DNA of 64,000 nt from Myxococcota bacterium (lineage in GTDB: Bacteria; Myxococcota_A; UBA9160; UBA4427): contig OZ252299.1 in the NCBI GenBank assembly GCA_965250285.1, positions 4,544,001 through 4,608,000 on the forward strand. The letters are read 5' to 3'. The translations under genes were made by a program, and so were the position numbers. The notes under the pieces are model-generated. The model was not told the origin of the DNA and searched no databases. It was given only the letters and a program-made list of their open reading frames with translations. This document shows positions 26,694 through 35,956 of the stretch, one piece after another. How positions within the stretch are numbered: the first letter of the stretch is position 1; each line of letters starts with the position of its first letter.

Positions 26694-27080
26694 TCAGCGA
26701 TGTCGCTCGAGCCACGCCTCTTCTTCGCCGGGCTCGGGCAGCAGCTCGCCGCCCTCCATGTTCCACTTGCTCGGCACGTCGACGGTCGTGACGCCGACGT
26801 CGGCTGCGTCACAGCCCAGCGTCTCTGCGATCGTGCGGCTCAGATCGGCGACGATCTCCTGCTTCTGCTCGTCGGTGCGACCCCAGCGGATCGAGCCGAG
26901 CATGAAGGCGGCCTTGCCAGCGGGCATCTCGCCCGCGGGTCGCTCCGAGAAGAACGCATGGACGAACGACGGCGGTGCGCCGGTCACGCCGCAGTGCACA
27001 CGCACGACTTCTTTCGCGATGTGCGCGCGCTGCTCTTCACTGCTCAGACCTTCGCGGATGCTGCATCGGTAGAGCGGCAT
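26694..27080 (-). CDS. Tautomerase superfamily protein (cis-CaaD-like length, Pro1)
   Basis: MPLY start, H..VTGAP..FVH.FF.E, GSIRWGRTDEQK, MEGGELLPEPGEE. Confidence 0.85.
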   Translation of the reverse strand: MPLYRCSIREGLSSEEQRAHIAKEVVRVHCGVTGAPPSFVHAFFSERPAGEMPAGKAAFMLGSIRWGRTDEQKQEIVADLSRTIAETLGCDAADVGVTTVDVPSKWNMEGGELLPEPGEEEAWLERHR

Positions 27081-27097
27081 GGGGCTCTCCTCTCTTC

Positions 27098-27433
27098 TCA
27101 GCCCGGGAGCGGACCATCCCAGGCGGTGATGACGACTTCGTTGATGTGGCAGCCGGTGCGGTTCGACCAGAGGTCGCCGACGCTGCGCAGAAACGCTTCG
27201 CGCTCGTCGGAGGGGTAGTCCACCGGCACGCTGCGAATGATCAGCGACGACGTGCTCGGCTCGCCGGCCGTCCACGCCCAGCCCTTCTTCATGACGACCC
27301 AGTCGACCTCGGTGTCGCTCGGGTCGTCGCCGAAGCGCTCGACGCCGATCGCGCGCAGCTCGGCCTCGAGCGTCGCCTTCTCGCGCTCGGCGGCCTGCCC
27401 TTCCTGAATGATGCACGTGTACTTCTTCGTCAT
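27098..27433 (-). CDS. Hypothetical protein, tautomerase-like partner lacking Pro1
   Basis: MTKKYTCIIQEG parallels MPLYRCSIREG of the adjacent gene. Same strand, 17-bp gap. Confidence 0.65.
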   Translation of the reverse strand: MTKKYTCIIQEGQAAEREKATLEAELRAIGVERFGDDPSDTEVDWVVMKKGWAWTAGEPSTSSLIIRSVPVDYPSDEREAFLRSVGDLWSNRTGCHINEVVITAWDGPLPG

Positions 27434-27486
27434 GGGGCCCTCGGTTCGGTGCCGCAGGGTCACGCGGCGGCCGCGGTGCGGGCCCC

Positions 27487-28608
27487 CTATTCTGCCTCGT
27501 CGACGGCGTCGACACCAACGCGGTGCGGGAGCACGTCGGAGAACGCCCTTCCGTAGATCTCCCATACCGTGATGAACAGCGCCGCGATGATCGGGCCGAT
27601 CACGATGCCGAGCGCCCCGAAGAGCACGAGCCCCCCGAGCGTCGAGAGCAAGATCATCAGGTCGGGCATCTTGGCGTCGCGCCCGACGAGCACCGGGCGC
27701 AGCACGTTGTCGGCGGTGCCCACGACGGCGATGCACCAGAGCGCCAGACCGACGGCGGCGACGACCTTGCCGATGGCGACGAGGTAGATCACTGCCGGTA
27801 CCCAGACGAGGGCCGTGCCGAGGCCGGGGATGATCGAGAGGATCGCCATCAGCGTGCTCCAGAACGCGACGCCCTCGATCCCCACGACCCAGAACGCCGC
27901 ACCGGCCAGCCCGCCCTGCACGATGCCGATCACCAGCGTGCCCTTCAGCGTCGCGCGGGTCACCGAGACGAAGCGCTCGACCAGCAGATCTTCTTCTTCG
28001 TTGCCGAGCGGCACGTAGTAGAGGATCTGATCCATCACCTTCTTGCCGTCCTTCAAGAAGAAGAACATCGCGTAGAGCATGATGAACAGCGTGATGAAGA
28101 AGCTGACCGTGCCCTTCGCCGCCGCGGTCAGCACCGCGACGAAGAACGCACCGATCCGACCGGCCCACTCGCCGATCTTGCTCGCGATCTGACTCTGGTA
28201 GGGCGCGATCTCGCGCTCGATCCACTCGGGCAACGGCAGGCTGTTGAACAGCGCGTTGCGTTCGTGGGGCGCGGCGAGGTTCTCGTTCACCCAGGGCCCG
28301 ACCGACTGGCTGACCTGCAGCGCTTCGCTGGTGACGATCGTGAAGAAGAACGTGACCGGGCCGATGATCACCAGCAGCACGAGCAGGATCGTGACGACCG
28401 ATGCGGCGTTCTCGCGCCCCCCGAGCGCCTTGGCCAGCCGCTTGTAGACGGGCTGGCAGAGACCCGATGCCAACGCGGCGATGAGGATCGCCATCAAGAA
28501 GCTCTGGATCGTCGCGAGAAACGCCAGGCTGATCAGCAACACCAGGGCGATGAGAAAACCCTTCTGGAAGCGTTCACCCTCGCGTCGCGGGGCCGCGCCC
28601 TCCGACAT
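27487..28608 (-). CDS. AI-2E family transporter
   Basis: Multi-TM, FFFLKDG, IPGLGTALVWVP, DNVLRP.LVG, LGGLVLFGALGIVIGP. Confidence 0.93.
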   Translation of the reverse strand: MSEGAAPRREGERFQKGFLIALVLLISLAFLATIQSFLMAILIAALASGLCQPVYKRLAKALGGRENAASVVTILLVLLVIIGPVTFFFTIVTSEALQVSQSVGPWVNENLAAPHERNALFNSLPLPEWIEREIAPYQSQIASKIGEWAGRIGAFFVAVLTAAAKGTVSFFITLFIMLYAMFFFLKDGKKVMDQILYYVPLGNEEEDLLVERFVSVTRATLKGTLVIGIVQGGLAGAAFWVVGIEGVAFWSTLMAILSIIPGLGTALVWVPAVIYLVAIGKVVAAVGLALWCIAVVGTADNVLRPVLVGRDAKMPDLMILLSTLGGLVLFGALGIVIGPIIAALFITVWEIYGRAFSDVLPHRVGVDAVDEAE

Positions 28609-28611
28609 ACC

Positions 28612-29841
28612 TCACTCCTTCTCGGGATCGGCCAGGGTCGTCTCGAACCCGATTGGCTCGTGCTGCCAGGGATAGCCCTCCGCCGCCCGCGACCGCGCGA
28701 ACTCGAAGAGCTCGTTCATGTAGGCGGTGTCGAAGTCTTCGGGGTGCTCGGCGTCGAAGTCGTTCGGGATGTACGCGAGGTTGAAATCCATGCCGAAGCG
28801 CTCGGCCACGGTGTAGATGCGATAGATGTCACCGATGCCACCCGCGGTGAAGAGCATCGAGTTCGAGATGAAGAAGATCGGCAGCGTGCTGCGCGCGACC
28901 TCGGAGCCTTTGTGCTTGAACTGCGCGTTGCGAATCAGATAGACGTGCCGTTCGCGATCCTGCACCAGGTGGCGCTCTTCCATCGCCTCGGCGAACGAGG
29001 GTGGAAAGAGAAAGCTCTGGGCAGCGACGCCCCCGTCGACGTGCAGCTCCTGATAGGGCTGCCCGTCGACCTCGACATCGAAGAGCACGGGCGGGAAGAG
29101 CCCGGGCAGAGACGCGGACGCGAGCAGCACCTTGCGAAAGAGCGCGAGCGCCTCGGGCGATCCGACCCGCGCGATCTCGCCCATGTTCCAGATCACGGGG
29201 CGCCGCGCGTCGAGATCGGCCGTCACCACCATCAGCCAGCGGCCGCGTTCGTACTGCGCGGCCACCTTCTCGAGCAGCGTGTCGTCGACGTGCTCGGCGA
29301 TCAGCGCGGCGAGCGGGGCGCTGTCGGCCATGGCGTCGCCGCGCAGCAGCGACCACATCGATCGCTTCTCGTAGATCTGCTCGGGGCCGATGCCGGTGTA
29401 GACCGCCTTCAGCACGTCGTCGTACTCGTCGCCGACGAACGCGAACGGCGCGATCAGAGAACCTGTGCTCACCCCGGTGACGACGCCGAACTCGGGGCGC
29501 GTCCCCGCCTCGGTCCAGCCGTAGAGCAGGCCCGCGGCGAATGCGCCCTTGTCGCCGCCGCCCGAGATCGCCAGGAAGTGGCGCGGGGCCTCCCCCGTCA
29601 TGCCGCGCGCGGCCCGGTCGGCGGCGCCGCGCTCCTGCGCCGCCGTCGAGTCGGCGATCATGCGTTCGAGGTCTTCGCGCAGGAAGTACCGCGCACCCGG
29701 CACGCCGGGCACGGTCGCCGCAGCCGTGCTGCCCGCCGGCACCGCCGGCCCGCGCTTCGGCTTGGCGCAGCCGACCGAGAGAGTCGTGATCAGCGCCAGG
29801 CTGAGGCCGAGCAGCAGCGCGGTGGCGCGGCGGCAGCTCAT
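28612..29841 (-). CDS. Patatin-like phospholipase, lipoprotein
   Basis: SGGGDKGAF, GVSTG, VDGG motifs and lipobox SVGC. The ORF-track extension over the tRNA is spurious. Confidence 0.9.
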   Translation of the reverse strand: MSCRRATALLLGLSLALITTLSVGCAKPKRGPAVPAGSTAAATVPGVPGARYFLREDLERMIADSTAAQERGAADRAARGMTGEAPRHFLAISGGGDKGAFAAGLLYGWTEAGTRPEFGVVTGVSTGSLIAPFAFVGDEYDDVLKAVYTGIGPEQIYEKRSMWSLLRGDAMADSAPLAALIAEHVDDTLLEKVAAQYERGRWLMVVTADLDARRPVIWNMGEIARVGSPEALALFRKVLLASASLPGLFPPVLFDVEVDGQPYQELHVDGGVAAQSFLFPPSFAEAMEERHLVQDRERHVYLIRNAQFKHKGSEVARSTLPIFFISNSMLFTAGGIGDIYRIYTVAERFGMDFNLAYIPNDFDAEHPEDFDTAYMNELFEFARSRAAEGYPWQHEPIGFETTLADPEKE

Positions 29842-29984
29842 CGTCGAATCGATCACGCGCGCGTCCCCCTCGTCGGGAGACGTGCCTGCCCCCCTGCCGA
29901 GAAAGCGTAGCGCCGCGTTCAGCGATCCGACCGGCGCCGCGACGGGTTCTCTGGCCCGTCTGCGCGGGCGTCGAGTGTGAGGAA

Positions 29985-30072
29985 TGGCGGAGAGGGTGGG
30001 ATTCGAACCCACGAGGGCTTGCACCCTGGCGGTTTTCAAGACCGCTGCCTTCAACCGCTCGGCCACCTCTCC
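29985..30072 (-). tRNA. tRNA-Ser(TGA)
   Basis: GGAGAGGTGGCCGAGCGG...GCGGT-CT-TGA-AA-ACCGC, long variable arm, GGTTCGAATCC, ends GCCA. Confidence 0.97.
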
Positions 30073-30202
30073 GGATCGGGCGGGAGACTAGCGCGACTCG
30101 CCCGGTCGACGGCGAGACACGCAGAGGGAGATGATAGAGTGGCCCCGCCTCGCGGCGAAGCCGGTACCGGCCGCGCGAGACGGCTGGCGGAGATGAGTTC
30201 GA

Positions 30203-31660
30203 ATGAGCGAGGCAGCCTCGAGCCCGGCGCAGGCGATGCTCGGGCGACGCGTCGGCCCGGGCGCATCTCCCACGCGCATCGGGTGGTGGCTCTTCGTGGC
30301 GTTCGCGCTGCTCTACGTGCTCACGATGCACGGCCGCGCCTTCTCGGACAGCCGCTACCACTTCGAACAGATCGAGACGCTCTACGGCACGGGGCACTTC
30401 GTGATGTGGGAGGGGGGCGGCGAGCCGTTGCCCCGCCGCCTCGAAGCGTGGACCGGCCAAGGCGTCGACGGCCACTGGTACTCGCTGCTGCCGCCGGGCC
30501 AGGCACTCACCGCGACACCGCTCGCCGGGCTCGGCCGTGTCGTCGGCTGGCCCGAGCTTCGCACCGGCGCGCCGGGCGTACATGACGCGCCGATGATGTT
30601 CTGGGCGAGTCTGCTCATGCCGCTCGCGATGGCGGCGATGCTGGTCGCCGTGTTCCACGCCGCCGTCTCTGCGACCGGGCTCGTCTCGCGCGGGCTGCAG
30701 GCGGCCTGCGTGCTCGGCCTCGCGACCAACACCTGGTTCTACGCCACGACCTTCTGGACGCGCCCCCTCGCCGCGGCGTGCCTCGTCGGCAGCCTCGCCC
30801 TCGTGCTGCAGGCGCGCGACCGAACCGGTCGTTGGGGGCTCGCCGGCGCGCTGCTCGGCTGGGCCCTCGTCATCCGGCCCGACATGGTCTTCGCGGCCCC
30901 TTGGCTCGTCGGCCTCGCGTGCGTGCGCGGTCGAGGGCAGTGGCGCGCGCTCGTCGCCTATGTCGCGCCGATCGGCCTCTGCGTTCTGGGGCTCATGCTG
31001 TGGAACGAGCACCGCTTCGGCGACGCATTGAGCACCGGCTCACCGCACCAGACTTCGAGCCATTACAAGCTCCAGTACCTGCGCTGGGAGCTACCGCGCA
31101 TCCTCTTCGGCGAGAAGGGCGGGCTGTTCAGGTACGTGCCGGTCCTCGTGCTGACCGCCTTCGCGATCCCGGCAGCGTGGCGACACCAGCGGGCCGTGCT
31201 CATCACGTGCCTCGGTGCATCGGCGACGCTCGCTGTCTTCTATGCCGCGTACGTGTGGGGACGCTCGGCGCCGCCCATTGCGTGGGGCGGGCGCCATCTC
31301 TACCCGATCGTCCCTCTGCTTCTCTTGCCGGCCTTCATGGTGCGCGACCACGCGCCGCTGCGGCCGATTTGGGCGTGGGTGCTCGTGGGCGCGTCGGTGC
31401 CCTGGCAGCTCTATGGCGTCTGGCAGAAAGAGTCGGTTCAGCCCGTGGTGTGGTGGCTCGACGAGCCGCGACACGCAGTCGCGGCAACGCTGCTCGCTGC
31501 CGCGCTCGCGTTCTCGATCCATCGCCTGGTTTCGTCGCTCGACCTGAAGGGGCCGGCGGCGCCGCCGTCGCCGGGTTCCGAACCGAACCGGGCCGACGCA
31601 TCGGAACGAGCCACGGCACTAGATAAAGAAGGCTCTGGCCCTGCGCCGAGTGCCCCGTAG
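30203..31660 (+). CDS. Polytopic membrane protein, probable GT-C fold glycosyltransferase
   Basis: TM1 followed by an acidic loop (SD), GHWYS..PPG, IRP, WNEHRFG, GLFRYVP, WGGRHLYP. Confidence 0.6.
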   Translation: MSEAASSPAQAMLGRRVGPGASPTRIGWWLFVAFALLYVLTMHGRAFSDSRYHFEQIETLYGTGHFVMWEGGGEPLPRRLEAWTGQGVDGHWYSLLPPGQALTATPLAGLGRVVGWPELRTGAPGVHDAPMMFWASLLMPLAMAAMLVAVFHAAVSATGLVSRGLQAACVLGLATNTWFYATTFWTRPLAAACLVGSLALVLQARDRTGRWGLAGALLGWALVIRPDMVFAAPWLVGLACVRGRGQWRALVAYVAPIGLCVLGLMLWNEHRFGDALSTGSPHQTSSHYKLQYLRWELPRILFGEKGGLFRYVPVLVLTAFAIPAAWRHQRAVLITCLGASATLAVFYAAYVWGRSAPPIAWGGRHLYPIVPLLLLPAFMVRDHAPLRPIWAWVLVGASVPWQLYGVWQKESVQPVVWWLDEPRHAVAATLLAAALAFSIHRLVSSLDLKGPAAPPSPGSEPNRADASERATALDKEGSGPAPSAP

Positions 31661-31992
31661 GGGGGGGCGCGGTTTTGGGATGCGTGCGCGCGTGGGTATC
31701 GGCGGCCCGCGGCGAGGCCCACGCCATGGCGCGCGAACGCGCGGCGATGCGTGCGCATCGAAACGCCCTTGCTTGAGAGTTGCGTGCTTGCGAATGCCGA
31801 AGTGCCGCCGCGTGCGTGCCCAGGTGGGATTGCCGAGGCGTCGATCTGATATGATCGGCCCGCTCGAGGGCCCGGTGCGCGGCACACCCAGCCCAGAGCC
31901 AAAGCGCCGGCGTCGGCGCACCTCGCACCGCGGCCAGGCGTCGATCGCACCGGGCCGCCCGTCTGCTGCGCCGAGGTCAGAGGTCTCCGAAG

Positions 31993-33123
31993 ATGGCACT
32001 GGTGAGGCGCGAGCACCGACGGCGCATTGCGCTGATGTCGATGCTGATGCTCGTGCTCGCCTTTTCGTTCTGGAGCGGCTCGCGGTATCCGGTTCTGAAC
32101 GAGAAGGCCATCATGGGCGGTGAGACCGCCGCCGAAGACCCGCTCACCTTCATGGCCTACATCCAGAACCAGCGCGGCGACCCGCTGCCGAAGCGGATCG
32201 TCGTCTCGGCGATCAACTGGGGCATGGAGAACCGCAAGGGCATGACGTTCGGCTTCTTGCTGGGCGCCGGCTTCCTCACGATCTTCAGCCTGCTCGATCG
32301 ACGTGGCTCGCAGAACCCGTTCGTCAACTCGATCATCGGCGTCGTGAGCGGCGCGCCACTGGGGGTCTGCGTCAACTGCGCGGCCCCCATTGCGCGCGGG
32401 CTCCATTCGTCGGGCGCCCGAATCGAGACGACCCTGGCGGCGATGTTCAGCTCGCCGACGCTCAACATCATCGTGGTGACGATGGTCTTCTCGGTGTTCC
32501 CCACCTATCTGGTCGCGATCAAGCTCGGGCTCACCCTCTTCTTTCTGATCGTCGTCGTGCCCATCCTCTCGCGCACGGTCTTCAGCCACGAACGCATCGA
32601 GACCTACGACGACGGTTCGTGCCCGATCGAGGTTCCGATCGTCGTCGGCGAAGAATCGTGGCCCGATGCGATTCGGGGCGCAGGCAAGCAGTACCTCGCG
32701 AATCTGTGGTTCATCCTCAAGACGACGCTCCCCCTGATGGTCGCCGCCGGTTTTCTCGCAGCCACCGTCGTGCACATCGTGCCGCTCGAAGAAGTGGCCA
32801 ACCTGCCGGTCTCGGTGCCGGCCGTGCTGGCCGTCGCCGCATTCGGTCTCTTCCTGCCGCTGCCGATCGCCCTCGACATCGTGATCGCCTCGACGCTGCT
32901 CGCCGCGGGGGTCCCGATGATCTACGTCGGCACGCTGCTGTTCACCCTCGGCATCTACAGCATCTACTCGTTCTCGATCATCTGGACGACGATGTCGCCT
33001 CGCGTCGCGAGCACACTCGCGGTGGCGCTGCTCGCGCTCGGCGTTGCGGGCGGCGTGATCGCGAGTCAGGTGCACCAGCACGAGATGGACGTCATGCTCG
33101 AGACCCTGGACGAGTTCAATTGA
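31993..33123 (+). CDS. DUF318/ArsP-like permease
   Basis: GAPLGVCVNCAAPIA, AAMFSSPTLN, two hydrophobic halves. Confidence 0.8.
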   Translation: MALVRREHRRRIALMSMLMLVLAFSFWSGSRYPVLNEKAIMGGETAAEDPLTFMAYIQNQRGDPLPKRIVVSAINWGMENRKGMTFGFLLGAGFLTIFSLLDRRGSQNPFVNSIIGVVSGAPLGVCVNCAAPIARGLHSSGARIETTLAAMFSSPTLNIIVVTMVFSVFPTYLVAIKLGLTLFFLIVVVPILSRTVFSHERIETYDDGSCPIEVPIVVGEESWPDAIRGAGKQYLANLWFILKTTLPLMVAAGFLAATVVHIVPLEEVANLPVSVPAVLAVAAFGLFLPLPIALDIVIASTLLAAGVPMIYVGTLLFTLGIYSIYSFSIIWTTMSPRVASTLAVALLALGVAGGVIASQVHQHEMDVMLETLDEFN

Positions 33124-35123
33124 TCCATCGCCTGACCCCGATCCTTCTCGGTCTCCTGATCCTCGCCGCGCCCGCTCGGGCCCAGGTGACGCCGCCGACG
33201 AACGCGGTGCTGACCGCGCGCGCCGAAGCGGCCAAGATCGATACGCCCGACGTGACCCTCGAGGCTGCGCCGCACCAGAAGCGGTCAGCGGCGGGCGAGC
33301 AGGCGTACACCCGGCGCCAGGGCAACGAGCTCGGGGTCGATCACATCGACCACATGACGCCGAACCACTTCTTCCCCCCGTTCTGGAACGGCCGAGGCCT
33401 GGGTGCCGGTGACGTCAACCGCGACGGCTACCAGGATCTGCTGGTCGCCACCGAGTTCGGCCCGCGCCTGTACATCAACCAGCAGGGCCTGATCTTCACT
33501 GAGCAGAAGATCGAGTACCCGGGCAAGGAAGATCACGCCGTGCACTCGGCGGCGCTCGTCGACGTCGACAACGACGGCTGGCTCGACGTCTTTTTCACGA
33601 CGTACGCGAACGGCAACCACTACATCCGCAGCGACGAGGGCCAGTTCCCAGCCGCGAACCTGGTCGCCGTCGCGGGCTCGCCGCACGTGCTGACGATGGC
33701 GCTGTCGTTCGGCGACATCGACGAAGACGGCGATCTCGACGCGATTCTCGGCAACTGGTTCTTCGGCTACGCGAAGCAGGAGCCCGCGGCCGAGGCGGCG
33801 AACCGCCTGCTCTTCAACGAGGGCGGGCACTTTCGCGTGCAGACGCTCGACGAGATCCCGGGCGATACCTTGAGCGTGCTGCTCACCGATTTGAACCTCG
33901 ACGATCACCTCGACCTGATCGTCGGCAACGACTTCAAGCCGCCGGACTACTTCTACTACGGCGACGGCCAGGGCGGCTTCGAGATGATCCGGCGCAGCGA
34001 CGGCATCATCCCCGCCAGCACCGATACGACCATGAGCGTCGACACCGGCGACTTCGACAACGACCTGCGCCCCGACATCTACATCGTTCAGATCGCTTCA
34101 GCGGGTACGGGCGAAGCGGCTCGCGTGAAGCGTCAGCCCTTTCGTGAGTACTGCCAGGATCTGAACCGCGAGGCCGATCGCCGGCGCTGTGAAGAGAGCG
34201 TCGCGCAGTCGTACTACTTCGAGTACGGCTCACAGCATCAGCCGAGCAACATCACCAAGTGCAAGCAGATCCCCGACCCGAAGACGCGCAGCCAGTGCGC
34301 GGCCCTGATGGTGCTCCTGACCGCCGTTCAGTCGAACGAGCCGTCGCTGTGTGACCGCATGCCGAAGGGCCAGGAAGAAGCGGCCTTCATCTGCCGCAAC
34401 TACTTCAAGCCGTCGGTGAAGGGCACCGATGCACAGTACGCCGAGACGGTCGAGATCTTGATGAACCAGAACCTGCTGCTGCACGGGCAGGCCGACGGCA
34501 CCTACGAGAACGTCGGCGAGGCGCTCGGCGTCGCCGTGACCGCCTGGGGCTGGAACGCGCGCTTCTTCGACTTCGACAACGACGAGTGGCAGGATCTCTA
34601 CGTCGTCAACGGCACGTGGATGACCGACCGGGGCACGCCACAGAAGTTCGCCTTCCGCAACATCGAGGGGAAGCGCTTCGAAGACGTGACCGACGAATCG
34701 GGTTTGCAGAACTACCAGCTGCAGAACAGCTACGTCACGGTCGACGTCGACAACGACGGCGACCTCGATCTCTTCGTCGAGACGGCGCACGGACCGGTCT
34801 GGTTCTACAAGAACAACGAGGTCGATCGACACGCCGTGACGTTCGAGCTGCGAGACGAGCAGGCGAACCGGTACTGCATCGGCTGCAAGGTGCGCATCCG
34901 CTACGGCGACGGCGCGAGCCGCGCTCAGCTGCGCGAGATCAAGGCCGGCGGCGGGTTCCTCTCGTTCGATCCCAGCGTCGCGCACTTCGGGCTCGGTGCG
35001 AACGATGCAGTTCGTGACATCGAGGTGACATGGTCCACCGGCGAGAAGACACGCATTGAGGGTCCGCTCCCGGCCGACGCGCGCTATACGATCACGCGTG
35101 GGGCCGCGCCCGACGCGCGCTAG
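33120..35123 (+). CDS. CRTAC1-family protein (FG-GAP repeats plus ASPIC/UnbV C-terminal domain)
   Basis: Repeated D.(D/N).DG..D motifs and C-terminal GGGFLSFD....HFGLG...EVTW. TTG start overlaps the permease stop; signal peptide present. Confidence 0.88.
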   Translation: MIHRLTPILLGLLILAAPARAQVTPPTNAVLTARAEAAKIDTPDVTLEAAPHQKRSAAGEQAYTRRQGNELGVDHIDHMTPNHFFPPFWNGRGLGAGDVNRDGYQDLLVATEFGPRLYINQQGLIFTEQKIEYPGKEDHAVHSAALVDVDNDGWLDVFFTTYANGNHYIRSDEGQFPAANLVAVAGSPHVLTMALSFGDIDEDGDLDAILGNWFFGYAKQEPAAEAANRLLFNEGGHFRVQTLDEIPGDTLSVLLTDLNLDDHLDLIVGNDFKPPDYFYYGDGQGGFEMIRRSDGIIPASTDTTMSVDTGDFDNDLRPDIYIVQIASAGTGEAARVKRQPFREYCQDLNREADRRRCEESVAQSYYFEYGSQHQPSNITKCKQIPDPKTRSQCAALMVLLTAVQSNEPSLCDRMPKGQEEAAFICRNYFKPSVKGTDAQYAETVEILMNQNLLLHGQADGTYENVGEALGVAVTAWGWNARFFDFDNDEWQDLYVVNGTWMTDRGTPQKFAFRNIEGKRFEDVTDESGLQNYQLQNSYVTVDVDNDGDLDLFVETAHGPVWFYKNNEVDRHAVTFELRDEQANRYCIGCKVRIRYGDGASRAQLREIKAGGGFLSFDPSVAHFGLGANDAVRDIEVTWSTGEKTRIEGPLPADARYTITRGAAPDAR

Positions 35124-35178
35124 TCGAGACGGCCTCGCTCGACCGAACGCGCCACCGCCCGCCCGAGAGGCCCGCCCC

Positions 35179-35940
35179 ATGAACACCCTGCAGGCCCTGC
35201 CCTCGTTTCCTGGCGCCGTCGGCGTCTCGCATCTGCGGGTCTACGACAGCCGGGCCCCCGATGGGCTCCGAGGCGGCACCCCGCACGTGCACTCGGTGTG
35301 CACCGAGGCCTACTACGTGATCGCGGGCCGAGGCACCGTGCAGACGATCGATGGAGATGGCTACCGCGAGACGCCGCTCACACCGGGCGCGTTCGTCTGG
35401 TTCACGCCGGGCACGATCCATCGGTTGGTCAACGAGGATGGCGCGCTCGAGATCCTCGTGGTGATGGCCAACGCGGGGCTGCCCGAGGCTGGCGACATGA
35501 TCATCACCTTCGAGCCCGACGTGCTCGACGATCCCGAAGCCTACGCGCGAGCCCATACCCTGCCCGAAGGCGAGCAGACGACGTGCGGCAGCGGCGAGGC
35601 CGCGCGCGTGCGACGCGACGCCGGTGTGCGCGGCTTCGGCGCCTTGCGCGACGCGTGCCTGCGCGGCGACGACACGCTGCTCGCCCGCTTCCATGCGCAG
35701 GCGGCTCGCTTGCTCGCGCCCCGGGCCGATGCCTGGCGGGCGATCTACGAGCACGGGCCACTTGCGGCCGTCGAGCAGACGGCGTTGCAGATCGAGTCGG
35801 TCGCCCGCGGCGATGGCACGCACCTCGGCGACGCCTCGCTGCATCAGCTGGCACCGCCGACGGGCGAGCGGCGCATGGGCTGCTGCGGGACACTCGGTGT
35901 GTACGTGGCCGAAGCGGCGGCCCACGAAACGGCCCGATGA
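35179..35940 (+). CDS. Cupin domain protein
   Basis: PHVH...EAYYVIAG and PGTIHR cupin motifs. Confidence 0.85.
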   Translation: MNTLQALPSFPGAVGVSHLRVYDSRAPDGLRGGTPHVHSVCTEAYYVIAGRGTVQTIDGDGYRETPLTPGAFVWFTPGTIHRLVNEDGALEILVVMANAGLPEAGDMIITFEPDVLDDPEAYARAHTLPEGEQTTCGSGEAARVRRDAGVRGFGALRDACLRGDDTLLARFHAQAARLLAPRADAWRAIYEHGPLAAVEQTALQIESVARGDGTHLGDASLHQLAPPTGERRMGCCGTLGVYVAEAAAHETAR

Positions 35941-35956
35941 CGCACCGGAGCCCATC

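Noticed and set aside
28612..30066. 484-aa ORF-track version of the patatin gene; likewise ORFs over 22897-23858
   Set aside because: These extensions translate tRNA genes and repeats.
29985..30072. tRNA with TGA in the anticodon loop as a possible tRNA-Sec for the selenoprotein
   Set aside because: Anticodon TGA reads UCA (Ser). tRNA-Sec needs anticodon TCA and an extended acceptor stem, whereas this gene has a normal tRNA-Ser structure.
31681..31819. TGCGTGC recurring at 31681, 31748, 31781 and 31813
   Set aside because: Short GC-rich word with dissimilar flanks; cannot be distinguished from chance.
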